A DNA stretch of 60,129 nt, from assembly GCF_037042905.1 (NCBI RefSeq), contig NC_087252.1, positions 14,075,872-14,136,000 of the forward strand, given 5' to 3'. The notes under the pieces were generated by a model. That model was not told the DNA's origin and ran no database searches. It was given only the letters and a program-made list of their open reading frames with translations. The position numbers and the translations under genes were made by a program. This stretch comes from Lytechinus pictus. Taxonomy: Eukaryota. Positions 1 to 12,500 of this stretch are shown piece after piece (position 1 is the stretch's first letter; the number at the start of each line of letters is the position of its first letter).

Positions 1-164
1 GGATGTTGCAAATTCAATCGCCACTTTCAATGTCACAACTGCATTTCCCATGCAAAAAAGAAAGCTCCTCACTGTTTACATGTGGTCATATTCAAACATT
101 ACATTTGCTTGAAATAAATCTAATAAACAAGAAATCAAATTGAAAAAAATTTATCCAAATCATA

Positions 165-430
165 TGACAAATCTGTAGCTTTAGGTTTCCTCTTGCTAAC
201 ATTTCTTTGCTTTAGTTCTTTTTTACCCTTTAAACTTTGACCCCCTGACCTCTAACCTTCTGATCAGAAAAAGTGTGTAGCTTTAGGTCTCCTCGGTCAA
301 ATCTTGCCTTTCTTCCCTGATGACCCTTTGACCCCCCCCCCCCCGATCTCTGACCATGTGATCAAAAGAAGTCTGTAGCTTTAGGTCTCCTCTTGCCAAC
401 CTTGCCTTGCTTCTTTGCTGACCCTTTGAC
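165..430 (-). repeat. Three ~100-bp degenerate tandem copies of the RRP1B C-terminal coding end
   Basis: GTAGCTTTAGGT(C/T)TCCTC at ~175, ~277, ~376. Confidence 0.82.
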
Positions 431-552
431 CTTTGGCACCTTGACCTCTGACTTTGGGGGTGTCTGCTTCAACACAGAGAATGCTGGCTTCTTAGTTCCA
501 TCGAATGGGACACCCGGACTCTGTTTGATCCTCTGCTTGTAGTCGGTGGCAG
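362..552 (-). CDS. RRP1B: RRP1B terminal exon 12 (...[15 protein letters not shown]...RRPKATDFF*)
   Basis: FDxxxKPxxxVLK and RPxAxDFF-stop motifs. Confidence 0.9.
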
Positions 553-3500
553 CTGGATCGAAGAGAGAAGAATAATACAACTTGCATTGATTTCAGACAG
601 AGAACCAGGAACCATAAATACAAGAAATATTTGCGAAAAAAATCAACCAGATCAATTTAGCGATCAAATTTCAAGTGGGTTCCACTTACCCTTCATTTTG
701 TAATATTTACAAGTATTTCACTTGTATATAATTACTCAATACCATTAATTGCAATGATTTCATTCCTTAAAACCACTCAATTTCTTCCACAAGAAATTGA
801 TCAACAATGTTCTATTCTCAACACTAGTGAGACAAATGGCTACCGGCAGGAAATAATTCCTCAAAGAGCTGAGGGCACCGGAATTGGTAGACAAGGTTAT
901 CCAGGGTAATATAGGAGCACCTTGAGCACCTAAATTGGTGTATATGTGCACGATACAAATACCTATACATCTTATTATCATCATATGTGCAAAAACTATG
1001 TTTGTGAGATTTAATCACAATTGGCAAAAACAATTTGGCATTCGAGCATATAGGAAACAGATATTTGGTAAATTACAAAAAAGCCATCTCAGCGCCAGTC
1101 ATAAGGTTGCTATTGATGTCTATTAGGGTTTTAAACGCGTACCATTCAGATGTGAACATTTACGCCCAAGTACTTAAGGTGTGGGTTGGCTATTATTCTT
1201 GGAAACATGATAAGGTATACTCACGCTGGAATTCATTCTTAGACAATGCTATCTTCACTCTCTTTCTTGTCATTGGTGGGGAGAACTGTGTTTCAACCCG
1301 ACTCTAAAGGAGGATATAAGGGGTACATACATGAGGGCAAAAAATAAATAATCAGTTACAGAACATTGTGATAATATATCTCATGATAATTTCTATATTA
1401 ATATCTTTTAACATAATCAATCTCTGGCAGCAAGGTCAGATGCTATGTCAGGGATGTCAACCTTGTAAAATGAAAGTTAGTACTGAGGAGAATGCACTAA
1501 ACTATTAAGGTGGGAACATTGTATGAATAGACATGTATATAATATATTTCACAAGGAGAAGGTGAATTTTTTAGGAAATCTGCAGTTTTTCATTAAAAAC
1601 ATAAACAAAATATTGCACAAAAGGAAAGTTGTCATTGGTAGAAAGAAAACACAGCAGGCATCCACCTACTATAAATAAGGAGAATGGTGATCAAAATGTC
1701 ACCAATAGTTAGTGTAGAAGAAAGATTCACGCATAGGGCCTAGTCTACTGATCCACATCACCTATGGAATTTAGGGTAGGAAATATTTGTCATTTTTAGG
1801 AGCAATATTTTTTTTTGCCACATTTGGGCAACTGCTGAATTTTGGGAGCTATTCTTATTATTTCAAAGACTACTTTTTTTGCTCAACGAACAATATTGCT
1901 GTAAAAGCATATCTCATTATTCTACTGTATGTAGTATGTAGAATATTCATTTTAGAAATGTTCTTGAATATTGTTTGTGGTAGATCTCGAGGCAACCTTA
2001 GGAGAGATGGTCTCCCCAAAATATTCAATTCGCAAATTCTACAGGGTAATTTGGCTGTCCAGAAGGCAAAATGGCCAACCCCTCATTTTTTTCCTAGGAT
2101 AAAGAAATCATATTCACTCACCTTTGCCTTTGTCCTTGGAAGTGTACTGGGTTCCGTCATCTTCTTGGCCTTCTTCACGTAAGCGACAGGGGTAGAGACC
2201 TTGTCAAAAGCTGCGAATGGCTTGGGTGACCCCTCCTTCTGTGGCGATATAAACTCTGTGGCTTTTGATACAATGTTCAAACCCAGTTCATTGCTATCTT
2301 CAATTTCCCCACTCATAGCCAAACCCTCCTTCTTCTTCTTCCCTTTCTTTTTAGATTTAGTCCTTGGAGTGTGAGGCTCGACAGGTGCCGAACCTTCAAT
2401 TGTCTCATTGTCTGATTTGTTTTCACCAAGACAAGAGTCAATATCAGAGTTGGTTTGAGATCCTTCAGAAAATTCTAGGTTCACATTGGTGATTTTAGCA
2501 TTTCCCTTTTTCTTCTTCCTCTTCTGGTTTCCGTCTTTGACGCTAGGGATTGGCTCCGATTCCACATCCTCTCCAGCGAATGCAGTTTCTGACAGGACAG
2601 CTTCTTCAATAACTGTTTTGTCCTCACCTTTCCGTTTTCCTTTCTTATTCTTTCCTTTTGCGCTCATTGATTTCAACTCTGTGAACTGAGAGTCAACATC
2701 AGCAGGAGCAAGGCTTTCTGACTCATCTTCCTTGGGATCATCAGTCATGGTCATCATTTTCTGCTTCTTTTTCTTTTTCTTACTGTCCATCTTCATCTCC
2801 TCGTCTTCCTGTTGTACCTTCTTTTTCTTCTTCACCACAACCTCTTCTTCTTCATCCTCCTCCCCTTCATCCTCCCCATCATCATCATCTCCTCCACCGT
2901 CTCCTTCACCTTTACCACCTTTCTTTCCCCTCCTCCTTTTCCTCCTCCTGTTCTTCCTCTTCTCCTTCTCCTGCAGTTTCTTCCACCAGGGGAGTTCTTC
3001 CTTGAGGTAGTCGGTGTCCCTGTCTTCCCGGATCTCTTTCAGGAGGTCCGGCATCGGGAACACTCCTTTGGCCAAGCTCTGGAACCTGAAAAATCGCGCA
3101 ACAAAGAGAAAAAAAAAAAAATATTTAAAGAACGTTTAAACAGTTGAATCTGCATAAGTCAAGTCTTTTTGATGACAATAAATTCATGCGGTTATCCCCT
3201 TAAAAGTGTTGGTTACTATTGCAATTTTACTATTATGTGAATGCATAATTTGTGTGTGTACATCAAAATACAAAAACTATATCTTTTTCTCTTTTGGGTA
3301 AACAATTATCTGTCAAGCAACATGGAATGGGCCGAAAATTTCAAAAATAAGCTTGCTAATATGCAGTAACTAAATTTTGAAAGAATTTTTTTTTTAATTA
3401 AAGGAATAAAACATTACCAAAAGGGTGCTACATATTTTCAAAAGCAAAATGCAAATTTTTGCAAAGAATTAACTGATAAAAAAAAATTTCAGTCAACAAT

Positions 3501-6500
3501 CATTTTAAGGATTGGAATGTTAGGCCCCTGTTCCTCTGTACTGCTCTTGCTCCAGTTTGGTAATCCTACAGATTGGGCAGGATCAGGGGTAAAAGTCAAA
3601 GAAATATATATCAGGGTTCCCAGCTTTTCAGGGAAAACAAAATTCACTAATTTTTCCCTGATGAAGTTCAAAACGTCCCGGATAATTATTTAAACCCATT
3701 CCCAGTTTCGCATGTTTTCTAAGTTGTTGCAGTGAATTACATGTATTTTCAGTATAAAAACAAAAATGTAAAACTAATTAGTACCACCATAACCAGTCAT
3801 TCAATGGATGTTATGCCACAAAATATAACAGAGTCTGACTGACTACCGTGCTTTCGACTTTTGGGCTGATCAAAATTCCCTCATTTGAGGCATTTTTGGA
3901 GGTATTTTTTATCAAATTCCCTGATTTTTCACTGACTGGAAAAAAGTTAAATAATTTCCCCTGATTTCCCTGATAAGCTGGGAATCCTGTACAGTATATT
4001 GCAACAAAAACATTTTTTGTGGAACTCATGTCCATGCGCCGTTATTAGTACGTCCAGAAAAACATAGCTCTGCTCATCCCAAGACTGTGTGCCGTGTCAG
4101 TTATCCTCTTCTCGCTTTCCCCAACGATTCAAAACGGCCATTTTCTGATCTGGAAGATCTGCATAAAAGAACTGTTGCTCCGCTGCTCCCAATTTCAACT
4201 GATTCCTATCCTGGCCTCCGCCAATCTAATGATCAGGATGGACCAGGCTTTCAGGTCATGGCAGTAGACTGGTCCCCTTAGAAGATATAGTAAATATATA
4301 ACTCACATAGCTGAATCTTTATAAAGGCTTAAACTAGAGCAATCACAGGACTCAAAACGTGGGCTCTAGTGACTATTTCTAAAAAAAATTATCATCATCA
4401 AAAAGAACTTACCTTTTGACCATTCTGTATATTGGTTTTCTATTACGGGTTGGAATGTTCTTCTCACTGGCGAGATCAAACAACTTGTCTGCAATCATCC
4501 CATAATCATACTGAAATTAAAACAAGGTGACAGATTTTTTTTTTTTATACTAAATTTCATGTTAATGAAAGGGAAATTTGTTTTTGTGCAATTGTAATAA
4601 GGGAAAATGACAGCAATGTTACTGCTCAAAACAAAATATTATCTCCTTTTTTTAATGGATGACAAGTGCTAAAAGACATAACATTAGGCTTTAAAAAGGT
4701 CTGTGATCCACACTGATTCTAAACTGGAAAAATTTGGGGGAAATTTTATATGGGCCATAATGGAAACCAGCTGAACAAAAAGTAGCATTCGGCTCAAAAG
4801 TTTGATGACCCCTCATGGTGACCTCGATAACATACTTCTACGTGTGAAAGTCTGTAAGATCAATCTTCCAATAAAATTTGATTAAAACCGGACAATCAAG
4901 AACAGACTTATTAACACTTTTTTGTATCATAACTTAGTTCATGTCAAGTCTACAACTTGTTCATTCCTGGTCTAGTTTCTTCTGTATGTCTGATTTAAGA
5001 TGTGAAAAAAAGAAGGAAAAATTTTTTCTTTCCTTTTGAAGTGGTTTTTTTAATGAAATTAGTTGGTGACACTGTCTGATCATAAATACCATGCAAGCAA
5101 TCAATTTTAATCATAAAAATTTTAAATAACAATATAAATATCGGTTAGGATGATATATATAGCCAAAAACTCTTGAAAAGATAGATAAAACTAGATAGAT
5201 AAATGGTTTATTCAAATTAAAAACAAGTAAACAATAATATCTCCATGCGTCGTAGTTTGACAACTAATTGTGAATTAGATTACAAAAGTATTTTCACAAG
5301 GTAAAATTCCACATGAATAATAATGAAACTCATATGAAAGGAAAAGATTAAAATTGAATTGGCCTCATTTGCATTTCTGCATGGGAATATGAGAAAGGTT
5401 GTATTACCTCAAGAGGCGGGACCATCTCCTCTGGAAACATGACTTTTTCTAAAATATCAACATCATCTTCCTCCTCCTCTTCCTCTTCGTCGTCATCATC
5501 TTCTTCATCATCAAATTTTCCTTTCCTCTTCCTTTTCCTCTGCTTTACAGCTGTTGACAAGAATTTTAAAACACAGAAAAATAACAAAGGAAACCATGTA
5601 TATTAACAGCAGAAAATCATATAATAATAATCTTAGCAGTCACATTTATTCAGTCTCTTTTGCCATAGGATACAAAGCCAAACTATCATTACCGCGCTTT
5701 GCCCTAAGCTCGAGCCACTGCTTGATCAACAGCACTCAAAGCATTCATGGAATCAATCCTATCGGTTACCGGTCTGTGACTCTCCCTGTATGCTTGCGAA
5801 AAAATCAACAGCACTCAAAGCATTCATGGAATCAATCCTATCGGTTACCGGTCTGTGACTCTCCCTGTATGCTTGCGAAAATTCTACAAAATTAAAAACT
5901 GAAGGCAAAAAGTAAGACTTTCTAGGAAAATGGCGACCATTTTTGACTTGGGGCTGGCACACTTTTTTTTGTCTGACCCCGAGACAACAAAATAGGTGTC
6001 ACTTCATGTTGATATCTATGGTAAATGGAACTCTAAATATAACTATTCCCTAAAGAAAATACTAACAAGTCAATTCACCGCCGTATAGCCCACTCTCATC
6101 ATTAGGCTGAATAATTGCTTGGTCACATGGTCTCAAGCAAATAGTAGATAAGGGTCCATTACATGCTATACTATTCTCACCTTTCTTTGAAGTCTTGTTC
6201 CTGTCCTCGTCCGAAGCAATCCCTTCATCCTCATCTTCTTCAGCCTCTCCAACACTTGATCTTTCAACCACATCCTGGAAGATATCCTGAATGATCACAT
6301 CACGTAGCTTCTTACTGTGGAAGACATTAGAAAACCAAAATATTATGGATAATGGAACTTTCATAAACATGGATTTAGAGAGTGCTTCAGACCAACTAGA
6401 ACTTTGAAGCAGTTCCTTGTAGCTCCCGAACACAAGACTGAAAAGAAGAACCTTTTAAAGCCAGCTGCCTTTGACAAATCATGGGGTAATTGAATCAATA

Positions 6501-9500
6501 GGAAATTTGCAAAAGGTCAATTGACTTGCATAATATAATCTGTCCATCATGAGAGCCCGTCAGACTAATACGATAAAAGTTCGGACAGCACAAATTTGAC
6601 CGAACTAATGATCGTTATTTACTTCGGGTTGTCGCAGTTCTAGTTTCCAACAATCCCAATTCGTAGACTCTTAGCAGGTATCTTGATTGCTAAACCAAAA
6701 TAAATATCCTCTGTGAAGTTACATGTTTCAAAGTGAAAACACGCAGTTTACTTCTGGTTGGTTAGTCTAATAACTATTGCTCTCCGAGATAGACCTAGAC
6801 ATGCCGGCGTCTATTACATAACACCCCCAGGCATGCGGCCGAGTGAAAGACTTGAATCCCTACTCTGTTCTGAGATTGAACTTGATTTCCCCATGATTTG
6901 TCAATGGAAGGTCACTCTAATACTGGTGAAATATATTGGATTCCCTGCCAAGGAAAAATTTCTGGTGGTGTGTGCTAAGAATCCTACATAGGGGAAACAG
7001 AATGTTCCCTGAAAACTAGATTTTTGGAATATTGTCGCCCATGCTCCGTGTCATCGGAAGTTTCGCAGCACATTCACATTGGATCGCCTGGACATACCGT
7101 GGACCTCGACATGGTGGAGATCTTAGACAGGGAGGACAGATGGTTTGAAAGAGGAGTGAAGGAAGCCCTCTACATAAGGGCGCACCAACCTTCGCTGATT
7201 CTTGTCAGGGGCTAATATAAATTTCTAAGAGTTTACGACCCAATTCTTTGACGCGACGTCTTTTCTGGCGAAGACCAGACAGGTCACATCCCTGAAGTAG
7301 ACCGAAGTGATCAGTCAAAAATTTTGAGGTAAATAACTTTTACTGATTTTACACTTTGCATTTGGATCAAAAGTTCAATTTTGTGGATGTTATACCAATG
7401 CACTTTAACTTTCATTTGATTAATGATATCTGATTTAATTCAACTTGGGGCAGCAACACAAAGGTTTGCCATTGGAAATAAGAAACTTGCTGATCCAGAT
7501 CATTGCTAAAAATATACCTTATCCATTCACTCATTACTAACCAATAAAAAATAATGTTGTTTGAAGTAATGCAAATCATTGCTATTCTTTTTATTCCGTG
7601 CCATAGTCAACATTCTATGTTAGTCATTGTTACTCATATTTTACCCTTATTAGCCAATCACATGCAAAGATTTCAATAGCTTATAACACTCATCGATGAA
7701 TGTTAATGTTTGTGAAAAGCTCCTTGGATGAGATAGAGGCAAGATCTCGGTAAGAAATACAATTTAATGATAAAAAAATGATTGAAAATATGTGCACATG
7801 TTTATCAGTTGGTAGAGCAGTGAGCATGCAAGCCAGGATCTCGGGTTCAAATCCGGGTTGGGGCAATGTAATTTTCTCAGATCTCTTCCTATTATTACAT
7901 GTATTTTCCAGCCTTCTAATATTATGATACAATCACTGCAATATATGTACACTGTATGTACAAGCATCTCTGCCTTAGTTGAATCTCTTGAGACCAGAGA
8001 AACTGTTTGACTTGGGCAAAATTTGACTTTTTCAAATATATAATAAGACAGTTTGTGCATAATCTGGTCTGAAATAATGCTCCAAATTAGGCGATTAATT
8101 GACTTGAAATTTGACTCATGCGGAGTCTACTTTATATAAATCCTACAAACAAAAATCAACAACTTACTTGAGAGTCTTTGCAACCAGTTCTGCATAAGGG
8201 AATAAGAATGTTGATGCTTGCTGGGGACTCAGCTGAAAAGAATGAAATTAAAAAATGGGTACCAAATTAGTCTCATTTCTCATTCAGGTTAATGCCCGAT
8301 TATTCTCATGCCATGTTGCTCTAATTACACTCTGTCTACTCATCAAGTTTTACTTAATGTAAAAAAAAACCTGTCATGAAAACCTGTCATGGTCTTCTCA
8401 TGTAAATGTAATTTTACAAAAAATATCTTGTGCTATTGGTGTTATATTTAGAATAAGACATTTCATACCATGTCAAATTATATTATACATTGATAATGCA
8501 ACAATTAAACCACATTCATCTCATTGTACAATGACTTGGGGTAGCTGTGCTCAAACACATTTAAATAGAGTCTTTGTCTTACAGAAGAGAGCTTTACGAG
8601 CAATTCATAACTCCAACCCTAGAACACCATCCGGACCTTTGTTCTATAAGTTTAAAGTTCTTAAAATTTTTGATATTTACAATTTACAAATAGCATCATT
8701 TATGTATATGTTTGAGCACCAGTTGCTTCCTCCCGTATTCACAAAATTGCTTTCTTCTGACAATAGAGTGCAGTGTTGCTGTTAACTTACATCTTCTGTG
8801 CCTTCCCTTGCAAGCTCATCCAGGTAGACGTTAGCAAGCTGGTAACGGAGGCCGTCAGGACATGCATCCATGTCAGGGTTCAGGGCGCAACGACTTAATG
8901 ACATCAGAAACAACTTGACCAATCTATCAGAAAAATGAAAAAAGGAATAAAATAAAAGAGAAATGATGAAAATCAGTTACAGTAATGAGTGTGGTTGTGG
9001 TGATGATGATGATGAATGATGATGATTGATGGTGATGATGATGATGATGATGAAGATGATGATGATCATGATCATGTTGATGATGGTGATGATGATGAAT
9101 CATGATAATGATGATGATGATGATGAATGACAATAATGATGACAATGTATAATGATGATGATGATGGTGATGATGATGATGTTGATGATGATGATAATTG
9201 ATGAGGGTGAATAGTGATGATGTTGATGATGATGATGCAGACGATGCATACAAATTAGTAGCCTTAGTATAGCACCACCTCAAGTCCTAAACTACTTAAA
9301 TCTGGCCAGGTTACTTACCCATAATGCAACACAATGAGCAGTATAGTCTTCCAATATAGGCACACTTGAATACTCACACTCCAATTCACTGCTCAATACA
9401 TTCATACCGCAATAATTACGATGTAACCAATTGGCAAAACAAGTATTTTACATTCAAAATATTGAACTTTCTCTATATATAAAAATGAAATTATGAGCTA

Positions 9501-12500
9501 ATTTATTCTCTATATTATTCAGTTATCTCAAAAGGTATACTTTAAAGCTAGTAATTTATAACACAGAGTCAATGGGGAAACAAACGGTAGTGAATCAATT
9601 CACTCCCTCTAAGAAAAGAAAATGATGCTTACTCTTCCTCCCATTCGTTGTTATGTAGTACGACCAGCATCTGACGGAAACTGCGCCTAATAAGCTGTGA
9701 TACAAATATTCCATGAAAATGGCAAAAAGATACTTGATAGATACTCTAAGACAAAAAAATGGAATTTACAATACAGCTGGTCACAATCAGAACGTTACGA
9801 AAACCCTTGGATGTCAGTTTAGCACCTGAAATTCCAGTTGTCCTTAAATCATGAGCAACTTTTCAAAGAAATTTATTAATCCCATCCCCCCACCCATACA
9901 CACAGAGGAGACAATTTTGCTATGAAAGAAAAATACTCAATTTGTACCTCTATTCAGTGTATTTTTCCACATTGAAAAGTTTGAGTTAATTTAATGTATC
10001 TTGCTAATATTTAAGTACTTAACCTGGTAGAAAACGAGCCCACACCAGACCTGCAAACATTTGAAAAATGAAAAAAAAAAGGATACCTAATTGCACGGCG
10101 CAATTTTTTCTGCTAAATTTCTACTCTTACACCTATATCCCACCGCACAAATCCATATATGGGCTGATTTATCTTTATCTTACATACATGTAAATAGACA
10201 AACGGAGTGCTCCTCATTTTGGCTGATAAAAAATCTTAAAAACAGAGTTACTCCTGGAAAAGGGGAGTTGGCAGGCCTGCCACATACATGTACTTTGCAT
10301 GTATGCAGCCTAAGGGTCTATGGACATGTGTTTCATTGCATAATTAGACATTGCCCAATAGGTTCATTCAAAAGAAATCTTTTACCATGAGATACTTGTC
10401 CATACGAAGGTGATCAATGCCAATCCACTCACGGCGCATGGTAGCAAGGAAGGTTTCATAGAAAAGGCAAGCTACAAAGAGATAAACATGAGATATATTT
10501 TTAGATATATTTTTTTATCACTCACTGTAACAACTTGCTCCAGGAAAGGAAATAATTTTTACTTTTTAGGGGCCATCTTTTTTCAATTATTGGGCAATTG
10601 CAGAATTTTGGGTGTGCTAAATAATTCATTTGGAGGGCTATTTTTTGGGGGAAACAAGCAATTATGCAGTAATAAGCAGATATCATTATTCTGCAATAGT
10701 TAGATTGATTTTCTAAATATTCTTGAATTATTGTTTGTGACAGTTCTTGGGGCAACACTATAAAGAATGGTCGTCCCAAATCATTTATTTTGGGGAAACT
10801 TTATGGGTGATAAATATGCTTTTCACACTGCATTTCCTTAACCTTATACTATCCTTAACCCCTTACTATCTTTTTGGGGATTCACACTGTCTTTCTAAAC
10901 CCCATACTATTTGCTTAGCCGGGGTTAAAACCTTAACCCCAGACTATCACACAGCTCATGAATATTGATGATTTTACCATACAGACAGCGATTAACGTGC
11001 AATTTCAGTGATTAGCTAATGCTTAGCCCCACTTTTCCTTAGCCCAGTTTCGTTTCTCACTGCATCCCTTAGCGCCACAATTGTGGTGCTAGCACAATAA
11101 GCCGGCTAACCCTGCTTTTTGCAGGGCCAGATAGTACCATACTATTTACCGTGCTAGCCCACTTTGCTAAAACGTAGTGTGAAAACAAAGTGGGTTAACG
11201 AAAAAAAGTGCAGTGTTAAAAGCATATAAGGCTGTCATGAGAGCGAAATCACCCGTCACCCCATGTATTTCCTACGCTGACTTGCTGCTCATCACAAATA
11301 AATAGATCACAGTCACACCTACTACCCCTTTTATTCTATTTTCACTTCCATAACCTTTTGGTCATCGTAAATAAAAGGATCTCACACACTACAAATTCAA
11401 TATTTGTAAATTTCATTCATATTATTAATGTTTTCTGGAGAAATATTCTCACATTTTGACAATGACTCGTCTTCCAAAAGGAGGAATCCAGTACACAGCA
11501 TGGTACATTTTGTAGCAATTTCTTGGGGTATAAGATTATTTTTAATTGTATTACCTAAAAGTGAAGTGGTATCTTTAAAAAAAAATTCAAAAGAACAAGT
11601 GGGCATATGACATCATCAGTTTGCTCATTGAATATTCATACCTAGAACTGTTTAACCGGAATAATGCAAATCTTTAAAATGCCATAATAACTTGATTACT
11701 CTTTGTCCGATTTTGATCAAATTTTCAGTGTTCTGACTGTCTGATTTTTCTTTATAAATCTGTTCAAATAATATTATTTTCAGCATGGAGTACTGTTATA
11801 ATTGCCTGGGTAAATAAAACGTTTTCATACCTTCTCCTGGGCGTCTGAAGCAGTGAGCCATGTCTGAAATTTGATCGGCTAGCTCCTCTTGGATGACAGG
11901 TTTATCACACATCCACATACAGTAAAATAAACCCTTCCATAACTTCATGAGCTCATCATTACTGATATCTGGAAGAAACAAAATAGTTTTGAATGTTAAT
12001 TCTTATTGAAACAATGACCTGAATGGCATGCAAACAAGACAGAGATGTGTAGATCTACACGTAGAGTTATGCGCCCTGAATTCGACATGTGCCTCTATTC
12101 GAAACTTATTGCACAAGCTGGCACAATCAATCACCACAACACACACCAAACACATTGTTATATTGTCATATCAGGGAGGGAAGCTTAAGAAAATACCCTT
12201 CCTGGTATGACTATCACAACAACTCCATCAACAATATAAAACAGAAAAGAACGGAAATAGAGACAATAATTCACAAAATTACCTTGACACTTCTTTTATT
12301 ACGCGAAGGCGCCCCCATGCGCTGACAGGAATCGCACATGTACATGACAATATACACAGGCACTAGCAATCACTGCATGAAAGTCCATCCCAACAAAAAG
12401 TTGATTTGAATAAAAACAGAAAAATCAAACAAGCATAACACTGAAAATTTCATCAAAATCAGATGTAAAATAAAAAAGTTATGACATTTTAAAATTTTCG

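Noticed and set aside
1080..1192. C/D snoRNA or telomerase-template-like segment (terminal stem, CTGA, AACCCTAA on minus strand)
   Set aside because: No C box near the 5' end; the 8-nt template match is expected by chance.
2486..3147. Plus-strand Phe/Ser/Leu-rich ORFs
   Set aside because: Antisense shadows of the K/E-rich RRP1B exon 10.
4281..4291. Group I intron S-like element AAGATATAGT
   Set aside because: No matching P, Q or R elements or P7 pairing.
7803..7865. tRNA gene
   Set aside because: A and B boxes only; no acceptor stem or clean anticodon arm, so a SINE relic.
8927..9283. His-rich ORF
   Set aside because: Translation of a (GAT)n microsatellite in an intron.
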